From assembly GCA_964016885.1 (NCBI GenBank), contig OZ024742.1:136772001-136836000 (forward strand): 64,000 bases of DNA, written 5' to 3'. Position numbers and translations under genes: made by a program. The notes under the pieces were generated by a model that worked only from the letters and a program-made list of their open reading frames with translations, did no database searches and was not told the DNA's origin. Shown piece after piece: positions 26,916 through 39,461 of this stretch (its first letter is position 1; the number at the start of each line of letters is the position of its first letter). Source of the stretch: Eledone cirrhosa (taxonomy: Eukaryota).

Positions 26916-27096
26916 TTACGAAGGAAGTGTGGTAAGGAACCAGGTGGACCTTAACGCACTAGAGTACTCGATACTTTGGGTAGTAGAGTGGGTAATAGGA
27001 AGAAGTTCAGGACCCCGACGGTAGTGCTCAAGCCGTCTCGACGGTTATTTCTGGACAGAAATAGCCGTCGAAACGGCTTGAGCTCTGCCGTCGGGA
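26916..27096. repeat. Family-E pseudo-LTR fragment with short fold-back
   Basis: Homologous to 45293-45435; 27014-27052 is inverted at 27056-27095. Confidence 0.75.
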
Positions 27097-27155
27097 TGCT
27101 ATCTTGAAGTTGCTATCTTGAAGTTAGTGAGGTCTGTATAGATATCATTTTATTT

Positions 27156-27250
<95 letters not shown>

Positions 27251-27419
27251 GATGAAATTGGCAATGGAAATTGTAACGGATCATAGTTCCGGATATGTGT
27301 AAGCCATTAAATATGACGGTAATCGATGGAAAACCCCACTATCTATTATATGCCTATACAGCCCTTATAAACTATGATTTATTTATTACACGTTCTGTCT
27401 GAGTATGTGAAAGGTAAAG

Positions 27420-28300
27420 CATGAGTTATAAACTCTATTATTAGATCTACGTTTGATATCGCCATTAATACCTTAATGTTTCAGTTCTTTAATCTCATGA
27501 GCTGAATAGAGAATTGGTGTTCAAAGCATCTGCCCATTACCACAACAGAAATTGAACGAGTTAGTTCTCTGGGAGTTCGGAAAATGCTTTACTTCAACCA
27601 ACTGAATGTACCACATTTAGAAAATTTCTAATTCCTCTTTCCTATGTAGTTTATTTTAATTCCATCTTCTTTGTTTTTAAATCCTGCATCGTCTGATATT
27701 TGGAAAATGCCTGAACTGCCTTGTTAAATAGGTTTGGAGCCGATGTTGGTTTTTGCTAACTGGGTAATTACAGTTTGTTAGGTGTATTTTATCCAGTTTA
27801 TACTAGTATGTGGCTGCTCGTAATAGTTTGAGAAAAATCATGATATTCTGTTTACTAAAATCCCAGTTGATAATCTCTGATATGAAGAGGTATCTATTTT
27901 GGTTTTAATATTAACTTTATTTAACGGAGTAATTCTACTTTGTTTTGATAAAAGTTGTATAAAGGCACCTGACATACACTATATCATGCAACTGATACCG
28001 TGCGAAATAATAACCCCATTGAAGGTTCTCTCGTACGAAGTGTTTTTCTGATGACAGAATTATGTATTTCCTATGGTTTATAGCATATGATACTAATTTT
28101 TTGGGTAGCCACAACGAAAGATACCAGATATTGAAAGCGATTGTGGCCTAATAAATTTCGGCATATTAGTAGTAGTATAGCGGGTTGGAAGTAAGTTTAA
28201 TTTTATTTAATTGGGTAAGTGTGTGGCATGTTTTTGTGTTTTGTTATTAGTTGGAGCTGTGCAACGAATGTATTGTATGTATGTTCTTCTGGTTTTATAA
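27420..28300 (-). mobile_element. Very decayed PLE RT/thumb fragment
   Basis: Broken translations LFNKAV..DAGFK and ..KHFPN resemble the PLE F..A...Y...L..SGF and LIDKHFP motifs. Confidence 0.3.
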
Positions 28301-28329
28301 TTTCACAAATTTTTTCCCAATAGAGAGAG

Positions 28330-30655
28330 AGAGTCGGTTTCTACCATAGACACAAGATTCTCTAATCGGAATTTACACAACATCAACTAGGTAGATTATG
28401 TATGCATGCATGTCTAGATATACATGTTATTGTATGTGTGGATGTGTACGTTTTGAGTTGTATGTGTGCATGTGTATATGCTTTGTATCTGTACATGTGT
28501 ATATGCAGTTATTAGATACAACATTTTTGGAATGTTTTACATATTTTGACTGTTGCATTAATGGATTGTACTTGTAATTTCCTAACTAGTTGTGTTGTTT
28601 CTGTCCCTGTGAAGCCTAGCTTCTCAAGATTTGTATTGAGGCAGTTACTAACATACCCCAGTGCCCCAATAATCACGGGCATAAATCTGAAGGTGTAATC
28701 AGGGTGGAGTATCTGCAGATTTCTCATCAGTTCTGCATAAATATACTCCTTTTCGCTAATCGTTGATATTATATTGGCATCTGCTGGGCAGCTAATTTCC
28801 ACTGCTGTGCATGCTTTCTTCTCCCTGTCCCATATCATAATATCTGGTCTGTTATGCCTGCATTTTATTGGGGTTTTTACTGGAACATTTCACCAGTACT
28901 CTTTCATATTATATACATGGACGTATTCCACATTGCTGTAGCTTTTAATGTGTTTATTATCGGGGTTATGTTTTTTACGAACTGCATTGTACAGTGTTTT
29001 GGCCACTACACCATGCCTCATAGGTAGATAGTACCGTGATGACATCTTTGGATAGCTGCTGATGACATGGGTGATATCCTCGATGTTAGTTCTGCAGAGT
29101 CTGCACTTGGTATCACATCTAGGTGTTTGCCTGCATCCCTATCTTTTTTGTGAATCAGGTATTTCGTGTTAATCTCCTGTTCTTGGATTGCAAAAGCGTA
29201 TCCTTCAAAGTGGGAGCCAATATAGCGGTTGTTGGTCCAAGATAGACTACTTTCCTTATCTATATTACTCTCACTCTGGAGCTTCCTGGCAACATATCCA
29301 TGCATGATTTTTTGCTGATAAGCATGCAGTTTTTCATCCATGGATTCACTGCGATACTGCTGAGCGACTTCCCTGGGTGTGAGTTTTTGATTATCACTCA
29401 GGGAATATCTCTCGAGGAGTTCCTTTCCAACTCTCATGATCTTATCTGTCTCATGCAGATAGACTTGCTCGAGAGACGGGCTCCTATGCTTCGAGGCTCG
29501 TAGATGTTGTCGGAGGGATATGATGCAATATTCAAATGCTGTCTGGACTGATGTTAGGCCTCTGCCTCCCTGCTTACGCTTCAAGTAAAGGCAGTTTATG
29601 TCACTGTTGATGTTGAAGTTTCCGGTGTTGTTTAGCATTTTTCGAGTTCCAACATCAACTGCTCGGGTTTCGTCTATCGTCCAATTGAGTATTCCAAATG
29701 TTGGTGTTAGGACAGGCACAGAAAACACTGTGTGAGTCACTATTTTGTTTTGCGCAGAGAGTTCGAAATCTTTCTTAATCGGGTGTAGTATTCCCTGGTT
29801 ACGCGTTCCTTATTACAGATACCATTATAGGATATGTTCCTATCTATCCCCAGGTATCTGTAGCAGTCCTCATCAGATATCGGTGAAACAGTTAGGCCAT
29901 TGATGACAATGTTGCTAGATTGGGTTGTTGATTTTCCCCGCTTTACAGTCATGTATGAGCATCTATCTTGGCCAAACTCCATTCCTATATCCTTTGAGAA
30001 CGTTGTAACCAGATCAAGATTTATTTTCATCCCATCCATGTTCATGGCATAGAGTTTCAGATCGTCCACAAAGAAATTATGGGTTAGGTTCGTATTTCTG
30101 TCCTCCTGTGAGCCAATGAAGTATCCTTCACATTTCTTGAGCAGAAAGGACAAGGGGTTTAATGACAAGAGGAATAATATCACACAGAGACTGTCCCCCT
30201 GAAATATACCTCTGCGATATTTTATTTTATCAGTGAAAATAGAGTCCTCCGTCTCTGTCTTTAACCTTAGGATAGTAGCCCAAGAAGAAGACAGCCTCTC
30301 TATGGCTCTGACAATAATGTCTGGGTCTTTAGCAAGTTGGAGGGCCTCTATCATCCAAGAGTGGGGAAGAGAATCGAAAGCTTTCCTGTAGTCCAGCCAG
30401 ACTGTAGCCATATTCCTCCTAAGTTGTCGCACCTCCGACATCGCAGTTTTGTTGATTAGGTTGTTCAGCACATCCCCAAACCCTTTTCTTTCCAGCTGCT
30501 TGTTCATCTGTGATGATGTTATTATTTTCACAGTAATATTGGAGGAATAGGTTCAGGCAGGCTGTATAGTTTTTTGCCAAGTGGGTGTCTTTGTTCTTGG
30601 GGACCTGTAAAGTTTGTGCTAATGTCAACTGTTCTGGTATAAGTGTATAAGTACT
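28330..30655 (-). mobile_element. RLE-type non-LTR retrotransposon (R4/Dong-like), 5'-truncated and frameshifted
   Basis: WLDYRKAFDSLPHSW, GIFQGDSL, FFVDDLKLYA, YRYLGI, LYLKRKQGGRGL, FAIQEQEI; CCHC region; restriction-like endonuclease RPDIMIWD..VEISCP..K..Y (28512-28860). Confidence 0.88.
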
Positions 30656-31750
30656 GAAATTGAACGGATACCCGACGTCCACCACGAACCGTGCCAGAAA
30701 CAACAGAGGACACCACACCTGATGCACTAACAGCTGCTTCCTGAAGCTCCCACACTTCAGTGACGAAACAACAACAGCCATCCGCAGTGCTATCAGACGA
30801 GAGGGACTAGATATCCAGCTAGCCCACTCAGGACCTTCTCTACGCGGACAGCTAACCAAAAGTCACTCCACCAGACATGACAGCCGCTACAGGCTAGCCA
30901 ACTGCCCCATCAACGACACAGACCTATGCCACCAGGCTTACGTCGTATACAGATTAGAGTGCGACAAATGCAGCAATTTCTACGTAGGTAGCACCACCAA
31001 ACCACTTCACATAAGAATAAAAGAACACCACAATACTAACGCTTCCTCATTTAAGAAATACATAGTGAAATGCAAAAACACCGACAAAAACATAACAGTT
31101 AGGATAGAGACTAAGGAAAGAAACCTCTGCAATCTTAGAATTAAGGAAGCACTGATTATAGACAAAACACAACCACCAATCAATAATAGACTAGAACTCA
31201 ACACCCAATTTTTAACATGATAGAGCACGTAGCCCCACACTTACACCCCCCTCCCACACACACACGCACATGCACACACACACGCTTACACCTCCACTTA
31301 TTCTCTCTCACACACACATACACACACAAAGACCAGTTTTAACATGATAGAGCATCTAGCCCCCACATTTAAATATCGACATAACTTCTCGCACTCACAC
31401 ACACACACACACGCATACTTACATCTACACGTATTCTCCCACACACTTAAACATAGATGTACAAAACCCCTTTTAAAGGGAGACAACTCTTTATTCATCT
31501 AACCTTCACTCTTTGACATTAGAGATAGAATGGAAACTCTATACCATTTCCTGTCAGCATGACATGGCAAGCTAATTAGAACACTGGATTAACCCCTTTA
31601 CTTCCCTCCGAAGAAGAGATATTATCTCGAAAATTAAGGATATTTAAATAAATTTAAGGTAAAAGACTAATTGTCAACAATATCTTTTGCATTTACATTT
31701 ATATTCTATATCATACCTGCATTATCTTGGCCTTCCAACTCCAAACGTTT
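30654..31750 (+). mobile_element. PLE 3' fragment (GIY-YIG domain 30654-31220 plus pseudo-LTR), related to the 19.9-kb PLE
   Basis: LNGYP..FLKLPHFSDETTTAIRSAIRREGLDIQLAHSGPSLR..YVVYRLECDKCSNFYVGSTTKPLHIRIKEH..IKEALII; hammerhead-like CCGAAGA-AGAGATATTATCTC-GAAA at ~31608. Confidence 0.88.
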
Positions 31751-31785
31751 ATAAATATATATATATATATATGTATGTATGCATG

Positions 31786-32275
31786 TATGAAGCCTCTCTG
31801 AAAGACGCTAACATCTCTGCTGATACATGGGAAAATATTGCTGCTGATCGTAATAAATGGAGAAAGACTTTATATGAGGGAAAAGTTGCCTTTGAGGCAT
31901 CTCGAATCGCATACGAGAAAGTAAAGCGGGATGTGAGGAAGGGCATTGCTGTTGCACTTCCAGACGGCGAGGGTCCTCCTATGGTGCTGACATGCAGCGT
32001 CTGTGCGAGACTCTGCCTAAGCAAAGCTGGACTCGAGTCATAAAGTAAGACCAGTGGTTGACTACCAGGCTGCTGTTGGAGATGCCCATTCATCATGCTT
32101 GCCAAACATGTGGTAGAGAATGTAGATCAGCAGCAGGGCTCAAGCGACATGCAAAAGTACATGAACTCCAACCACAGCCGGCTATTCCTAGTGAATGTTT
32201 TGGTTGCCGACTCTGTGCAAGACATTTTAGATCATTGGCTGGGCTAAAAAGCCACATTCGATCGCAGCACTGTTA
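31786..32275 (+). mobile_element. RTE-clade LINE 3' end with three C2H2-type zinc fingers (frameshifted)
   Basis: ASLKDANISADTWENIAADRNKWRK is a typical RTE C-terminus; CSVCARLCLSKAGLES, CQTCGRECRSAAGLKRHAKVH, CRLCARHFRSLAGLKSHIRSQH. Confidence 0.75.
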
Positions 32276-32391
32276 GTTGCTATCGTGTGTGTGTGTGTGT
32301 GTGTGTAGATATGCTTATGTGCGTGCGTGTGTGTGTGTATATATATGAATATGTATATTATTATTGTTGTTGTCGTTATTATTATTATTGC

Positions 32392-32443
<52 letters not shown>

Positions 32444-33097
32444 GTTATTAATGTATGTGTGTGTGTATATGTGTGTGTATGTGTATGTATGTGTGTATGT
32501 ATATATGTATGTATATATATATGTATGTATATATATACATATTCGTGTGTATATATATATATATGTATATGTGACTTTGGACATCCTGCAGGTCTAAAAA
32601 CAAAACCTGTCAAAGGGCAAAGGAGCTCTTAAGAGTCAATGGCCATCCAAAATCACCGGGAGAGATGACCCCTTAGCCTTTGTCAAGGCAGAATTCTAGG
32701 AGAAGGAAAACTCTGATATAACACCTGCAACCCTGATGGTATCCAATGATGTTGACTTGTTCTTCTTTTTGGTAAATATCATCTTGGTTAAGAGAGTGGG
32801 ACTGGCTTTGTGCAGTGCCTTTTCTCACTATAAAAGCTTCACGGCACAGGCATTGCTTTATATCTGGAGATCTCTCTGCAATTGTCATCACATGGTGCCA
32901 TGGGTCCAGCACTATGTGTCAATAGTTGTCACAAGTGTAGTGTTTGTACCAGAGTTTTCGAGTCGCTGGCTGGACTAAAAAGTCACGCTTGTTCAGCGCA
33001 TCGGTAGGGGTCCTCCTACATGGATATAAAGTAGTGGCCGTACTCGAAAACGAGTTGGCAGCCACCATGTATATATATATATATTTTTTTTTTATTA

Positions 33098-33129
<32 letters not shown>

Positions 33130-33428
33130 GAATGCCATGGTTGACGGAGGCTCGGCTCTGTAAGGTATAGTAATTTTTAACCGTTAAAACAATTGTAAAT
33201 TGTTTAAAACTTGAACCAAATTGTTGATAAAGGCACCCTCCTCCTCGTGAGAGGGGTCTTTCTGTCCGTTATTTGGCCCTTCGGGGTTAAATAACCAGTT
33301 ATTGGGGTTTTGTAACCAATATTCATTTTAAACAAAAAAACAACATAGCTACGAAAAAGAAATTTCATACGTCACTCCCACTCATTCCGTCTTCTTCTTT
33401 CTCAATCATCACTACAGCAGAGAGAAGA

Positions 33429-35456
33429 TTGTCTCTCTCCCTCCCTTCTTTAAATGTGTCTCTCTCCCTCCCCTCTCTTTCGCAAGTGACGAAAGAAAAG
33501 AAAAGTCTCGTGCAAAGCGTGCAAGGTTTCTCCACGACGACGACGACAGCGACGAAACAGGTGTGCGGGAAATACGAAAACCCAGTTCATTCGTCTGACG
33601 TCAGGAATAATAGCAGTAGCAGCCGTAATAACAACAGCAACAGTGACAATGAAAACAACAGTAGCAGCCGCAACAGCATCACCAGCAGCATAAACAACAA
33701 CAGCATCAGCAGCAGCAACACCAACAACAACCACAGCAACAGCGGCGGAGGCAGTAGTCGTAGTACCTGAAGCAACAACAAAAGTACCAGCAGCTCTGAC
33801 GACAACAACAACAATAGCAGCAAAGAAAAACCAATCTCATTTGCAGGCATTGCGAAAAACTTGGAAACAATCCTCATAACAAATGAGGAATTAGAGGAAG
33901 CGAAGAAGATGGTGACACAGAATGGACACCGAGCAATCTGCAAGGCAGCGGAAAAATTTTTCGAAACCCAACAGCACTGTACGGTCACGTACCGTACAGT
34001 AAGTACAAAATCCCGTAGGGTGGAAAGAGCCACAGAGGCTCAGATACAAAAAGCCTTGGGGTCTGTGTGGCAGCGGAAAACGCACATCACCCGAGGCAAA
34101 AAATATGCCACCGTAGACGTACTTTTTGCCACACCCCAGGAGGCAAAGGCCCAATCAGTAGTGACCCTAAGGAGCGAGGAAATGGTGTTGGTGCCCTCCT
34201 ACTGCGGGCAAAAAATTGTGAGGGTCAAACTGACCCACGTCCCCCCCCCCCCCCCCGGAATGGCCCTTTCTTGGCTGGCCGCGTCTGTCCTCGTCTGAAT
34301 CGAGGACAAAACAACTGTACTGCAAGTACAGAAAAAAGTAAGAGAAGATTGGGTCGGCACCTCCATTGAGATGCTAATCCAAACCAACCAGGAGTGCATC
34401 GAAGCTATCCCGGATGTGATAGACTTCGATAACGGCACTCAACTGCCCATAAGTGTTGAGGGCAAAAGCCCGAAATGCTTTCGCTGTGGATCGAAGACTC
34501 ACCTCAGGGCCTTCTGCAACGAGAAGACCCTGAGAAAGGAGACCCCCCCCCTCCTTCCGAAACCGGCTCCACGGCTACCAGCAACAGGACAAGCGGCAAC
34601 CAGGAACAATAGGTCCGTGGCACCCATACCCACGCCACGGAAATCAAAAACAGCAGCAGCAGTGGAAATATTAACAACAACAACAGCAATACCAAATGCA
34701 GCTGCAACAGAGACTCCAGTGCAAACATCACCAACAACAACAAGTGAAAGAGTGGAGCTGGTACCCCTCCCCGACCTCACAGAATCAGACATGGAGTGTG
34801 AGGTGGGAGAGGGATGGCAAAAGGTCGTAAGAAGGCACAAACGCAGAAGCAGCGCATCGTCGCCTTTGAAAAGGGAGGAAAGAAATGAGAAAAGGGTAAA
34901 GTCTACTGCAAAGAGACCCACAGCAGCAACACCACCAACACCATCACCACCCACACTAGCACCACCATCACCACCGGCGACAACCCCACCGCCAACAACA
35001 CCTTCAACACCACCACCACAAGCACCAACATCGCAAACACAACAACAAAACACACACACCCAGCAACAACGACAAGAAAATAGCAGAACCACACCCCACC
35101 CCCAGAAAAACAAATGCACAGCAATAAATACACACAACAAGAAACTAATGACTTACATAATTGAACACACAGACATTTCACAACAGGACTACATAATACC
35201 AGCACCAATCAAAACGCCAACTAACATAAGACTGCTAAAAATAGCACAGAAACAATACACAAACATTAAAACGAAATTCCCCAACGCAGTTGGTGATTTC
35301 GGGGACCTAGGAGGAACCATCAATCGAAGAGTATATTCAGACATTCTCTTAGAAGAGCCGACGACCAGCCGAAGGGACGATTCAACGGTCCCTTCACCAG
35401 ACGATCAAGTGAAAAGGGATGTAAAAACCATCCCTCCTCTACCAAAAGTACGGTAA
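33429..35456 (+). pseudogene. Tx1 ORF1 (gag-like nucleic-acid-binding protein), one frame broken by two TGA stops (33768, 34296)
   Basis: ORFs 33429-33770, 33861-34298 and 34371-35456 share a frame; ISFAGIAK, zinc knuckle CFRCGSKTHLRAFC, Pro/Thr-rich linker; true start uncertain. Confidence 0.75.
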
Positions 35457-35491
35457 GTGGTCTTTCCCATCTTTTCCACTCTATTTTAAAC

Positions 35492-38477
35492 ATGACCTCA
35501 CTCAGAATAGGCAGCATAAATGCGCGTGGCTTGGGGTCGTCATGGAAGCAGGGTCACCTGCTCAACGACCTCAGGTCACTAAACATAGATGTAGTGGCCA
35601 TCAGCGAGACCAGAATCTCCGAAGCACGGGCCTTCGCACGGGTCATCCAGATCATATCTAGATAGAGTATTTTGTAGGGAAATAGATAGGTCTAGCATAG
35701 GCTGTCCACAATTCAAGATAGTCAGCTACACGGACCACAAATTCGTGATCTGTGTGCTTGACTTAGATAGGCTTCATAGACGAGGACCTGGCTACTGGAA
35801 GCTAAACGCGTCCTTACCAGCGCGCAAGGCCTACAGAGACCGGATTAGCGAACTAGTTAAGCGGGCGTTGACGGGGGCCATCGTCAACAACAAGTGGTGG
35901 TTTGCTCTGAAAAGAGCGATTAGAATAGAATCGATTAGGTTTAGTAAGGCTTTAGCAATAGAGAAAAATAGAGCAGAGGGAGAACTAGTTAGAAAATTAG
36001 ACGAGGCGCTTAGCAAAGGCATTGCGACCGACGTGCTTGCGGCGAAATTGGCCCTTGACCAATTCTTCAATGCAAAGCACGAAGGCTGCGTTGTCAGAGC
36101 AAGGGTGCGTGCTCTCAGACACGAGGGGACGAAAGCCGTTCAATGGGCCCGAGTGGCGGAGGCGCGTCGTGGCAACAAAGCCACGATCCGGTCTTTGGTG
36201 GACCACGACGGGCGCATGCTACTCGATCCCGGGCAAATGTGTGAAGCTTTTCAGCGACACTTCGCTCAGCTGTTCGGGGGAAGCGGGGGGCCGGGTAGAG
36301 GGATGGACTTTAGTGTCTACCTCGACGGACTGCCGCGGCTCTCGGCCACTGAGGAGAAGTGTTGCGAAAAGCCGATAACAGCCGCTGAAGTAAGGGAGGC
36401 AATGACTGGCTGCACAAGGGGTAAATCGCCTGGTTTGGATGGTCTGCCCTATGAACTTTACGTACAGATGCCAGACTTGTTCGGAGGCCTCTTGGCGGAC
36501 GTCTACTGCAACTGGCAACAGAACGGGAGAATTCCCAGTTCTGTGAGCCGAGGAGCGGTGGCACTGCTGAGAAAGGATCCGAACAAGGGGGATAACATAG
36601 AAAATTTCCGGCCCATAACTCTGCTAAACACAGAGTTCAATATTTTGGCCAAGGTGCTAGCAAAGAGGTTGGCGCTTGTCGTTGGTGGTCTGGTGGGAGA
36701 GGCGCAGACATGCGCCATTCCCGACAGATCCATCCACGACAACCTCCACCTCATGCGATACATCATAGAGAGGGTAGCTAAGGAACCTGGCACAGGTGGG
36801 TCCTTGATCAATTTAGATCAGTCGAAAGCTTTCGATAGGGTCGACCATCGTTACCTAGCGGCAGTCCTGAGGGCGGCTGGCTTTGGGCCCGTCTTCAGAG
36901 GCTGGATCGCTGCCATGCACAGCGACATCTGCTCTGTGGTGAGAGTGAACGGTCACCTGTCGGAACCGTTCAACATCATGCGCTCGGTCCGCCAAGGATG
37001 TCCCCTCTCGTCCCTCTTGTACGTATTGACTCTCGAGCCATTACTGCACAAACTGGAGACGTTGAGGGGAGTCCCGCGCGAACTAGGATGCGGAAGATCC
37101 GTGTCAGCATATGCGGACGATGTCACCGTAGTGGTGTCGAACGCCAAACACATCGAGGCGATCGGCACTACACTAAGAGAATACGAAGCGGTGACAGGAG
37201 CAATGATCAACCAGGAAAAGTCAGTGGGCCTGCAGCTCGGCACCTGGAGAGGCAGGTCCATGCCGTCCAACAGCGTCGTCGGACGCTGGACGGACGGACC
37301 GGTTAAATTGCTAGGGGTCTGGTTCGGTCCGGACCTCCAGACGGACAAAAACTGGGACGAGGTGACGAGCAGGGTGGCTTCTCTCACCCAGAAATGGGCC
37401 GAGAGGAAGCTATCCCTGAAAGGTCGAGCGGAGGTGGCTAACGCGTACATCGCGTCCGTCATCTGCTACCGCCTGACCGTCGTACCTTGTCCTAAGCCTC
37501 GCCTGACTGTGCTGGAGCGTTTGCTCTTTCGCTTTTTGTGGAAGGGACGCGCTCCGATGGTCAGGCGGTCCATCTGTTGTCAACACCCGCTACGTGGAGG
37601 GCTGGGCATGCCGTGGCTGATGATGCGCAGGCACGCGCTCAGGCTACGACATCTCCACCTCTTCCTCGACGGTGATCAGGTGTGGTCGCCGTTTGCTAGA
37701 CGCGTGTTTCCCCAGCTCGTTTCCTTGACGGAGCTGCAGTCCTGGGTCAAGCGAAGACCGAGAGGGAGCGCCTGGAGACTGGAATGTCTTCAGGCGCTCA
37801 CAGCCCTCGACCAATCGGGCAATGTGATCGGTGGAAACTCCACCTCGGCGTTCTATAGAGGATTAGTGGAGGGGAAGAGCGACGACGTACTTGGGGAAAC
37901 TCTAGGCGTCGACGAAAATCAACTAGCCAATCTCTTCGGAAGAACTTTCGGGCCGGGGCCTATGGACAACTTCCAGAAATCTCTGGCCTGGCAGTGCTAC
38001 CGAGGAGCCTTGCCAGTTCGGGATAAACTCTACAGGCATGGAGGTGCCGTCAGCCGGGCATGTCCGAGATGCGCGCAGGGCGACGAAACCGTCCTGCACG
38101 CACTCGTCCAGTGTCCGAAAATTGCTGACTTGTGGGTTTATGTCGAACACCTGCTGTCGCGTTTAGGGCGGATCCGGCTATCATCTGAGTCCATCGTGAG
38201 GATTGCCCCGCCCTCCTCCTTTAGCCAGGAAGGGCAGGCAGTTTTTATCTGTCTGGTGGCCATGGCGAAAGAGATAGTATGGTGGACACGTTTGAAAGGG
38301 CTGAAGACGAGCACTTACCTCTTCGGTGATGCTCTGATTGACTTTTTCAAATTTCATTTGAAAAGGAAAATCAGAGTAGAGAGGGAAGTGCTCTCTTCCC
38401 AGCATTTTGTTGAAAGATGGGTGAGAGAAGCAAGAATGGCCCGAGTGAATGGGCCTACTCTGAGCATATATCTGTAA
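35492..38477 (+). CDS. Tx1 ORF2: APE endonuclease (internally deleted and frameshifted at ~35640) + RT + CCHC; open frame 35745-38477
   Basis: MTSLRIGSINARGL..VVAISET / SYLDRVF..YTDHK; GPGYWKLN, KSPGLDGL, FRPITLLN, LDQSKAFDRV, VRQGCPLS, YADD, CPRC..ETVLHALVQC. Confidence 0.92.
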
Positions 38478-38736
38478 ATTAAAGGTGGAAAACTGGGAGA
38501 GGGCACTTGCCTTGGTGGTCAGGGTCATTGTGGCTTTTTACTGGGCTTTCTCCACAAATGTCCCTCCGAAGTCTCCCCCCTATTGGGGAATTTTTCATTG
38601 TTATTTTCATTGTTATTTTTGTTACATCCTCTGTTTTTGTTTTTTACACGCAGAAATGCCCATTTGTACCGTCCTGCATTGTCCAGCACTGTCCTTAATG
38701 TCTACTTTATGTAAACCCTTGTGGTTAATAAAGAAA

Positions 38737-38789
<53 letters not shown>

Positions 38790-39429
38790 GTTATTAATGT
38801 ATGTGTGTGTGTATATGTGTGTGTATGTGTATGTATGTGTGTATGTATATATGTATGTATATATATACATATTCGTGTGTATATATATATATATATGTAT
38901 ATGTGACTTTGGACATCCTGCAGGTCTAAAAACAAAACCTGTCAAAGGGCAAAGGAGCTCTTAAGAGTCAATGGCCATCCAAAATCACCGGGAGAGATGA
39001 CCCCTTAGCCTTTGTCAAGGCAGAATTCTAGGAGAAGGAAAACTCTGATATAACACCTGCAACCCTGATGGTATCCAATGATGTTGACTTGTTCTTCTTT
39101 TTGGTAAATATCATCTTGGTTAAGAGAGTGGGACTGGCTTTGTGCAGTGCCTTTTCTCACTATAAAAGCTTCACGGCACAGGCATTGCTTTATATCTGGA
39201 GATCTCTCTGCAATTGTCATCACATGGTGCCATGGGTCCAGCACTATGTGTCAATAGTTGTCACAAGTGTAGTGTTTGTACCAGAGTTTTCGAGTCGCTG
39301 GCTGGACTAAAAAGTCACGCTTGTTCAGCGCATCGGTAGGGGTCCTCCTACATGGATATAAAGTAGTGGCCGTACTCGAAAACGAGTTGGCAGCCACCAT
39401 GTATATATATATATTTTTTTTTTTTATTA

Positions 39430-39461
<32 letters not shown>

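Larger units (their letters stand above)
33131..38790 (+). mobile_element. Young Tx1/L1-clade non-LTR retrotransposon, copy 1, between (ATT)n tracts
   Basis: ORF1 with CCHC knuckle, ORF2 with APE-RT-CCHC, 3' AATAAAGAAATC(ATT)n tail. Confidence 0.92.

Noticed and set aside
33225-33265. CCTCCTCGTG motif reminiscent of the HDV-like ribozyme P3/L3 in retrotransposon 5' ends
   Set aside because: Could not assemble P1, P1.1, P2 or the catalytic C; a simple hairpin explains it
33768-34298. Two in-frame TGA codons in Tx1 ORF1 as selenocysteine or readthrough
   Set aside because: Both fit CGA>TGA transitions, neither is at an evident Cys position, and no SECIS was recognised
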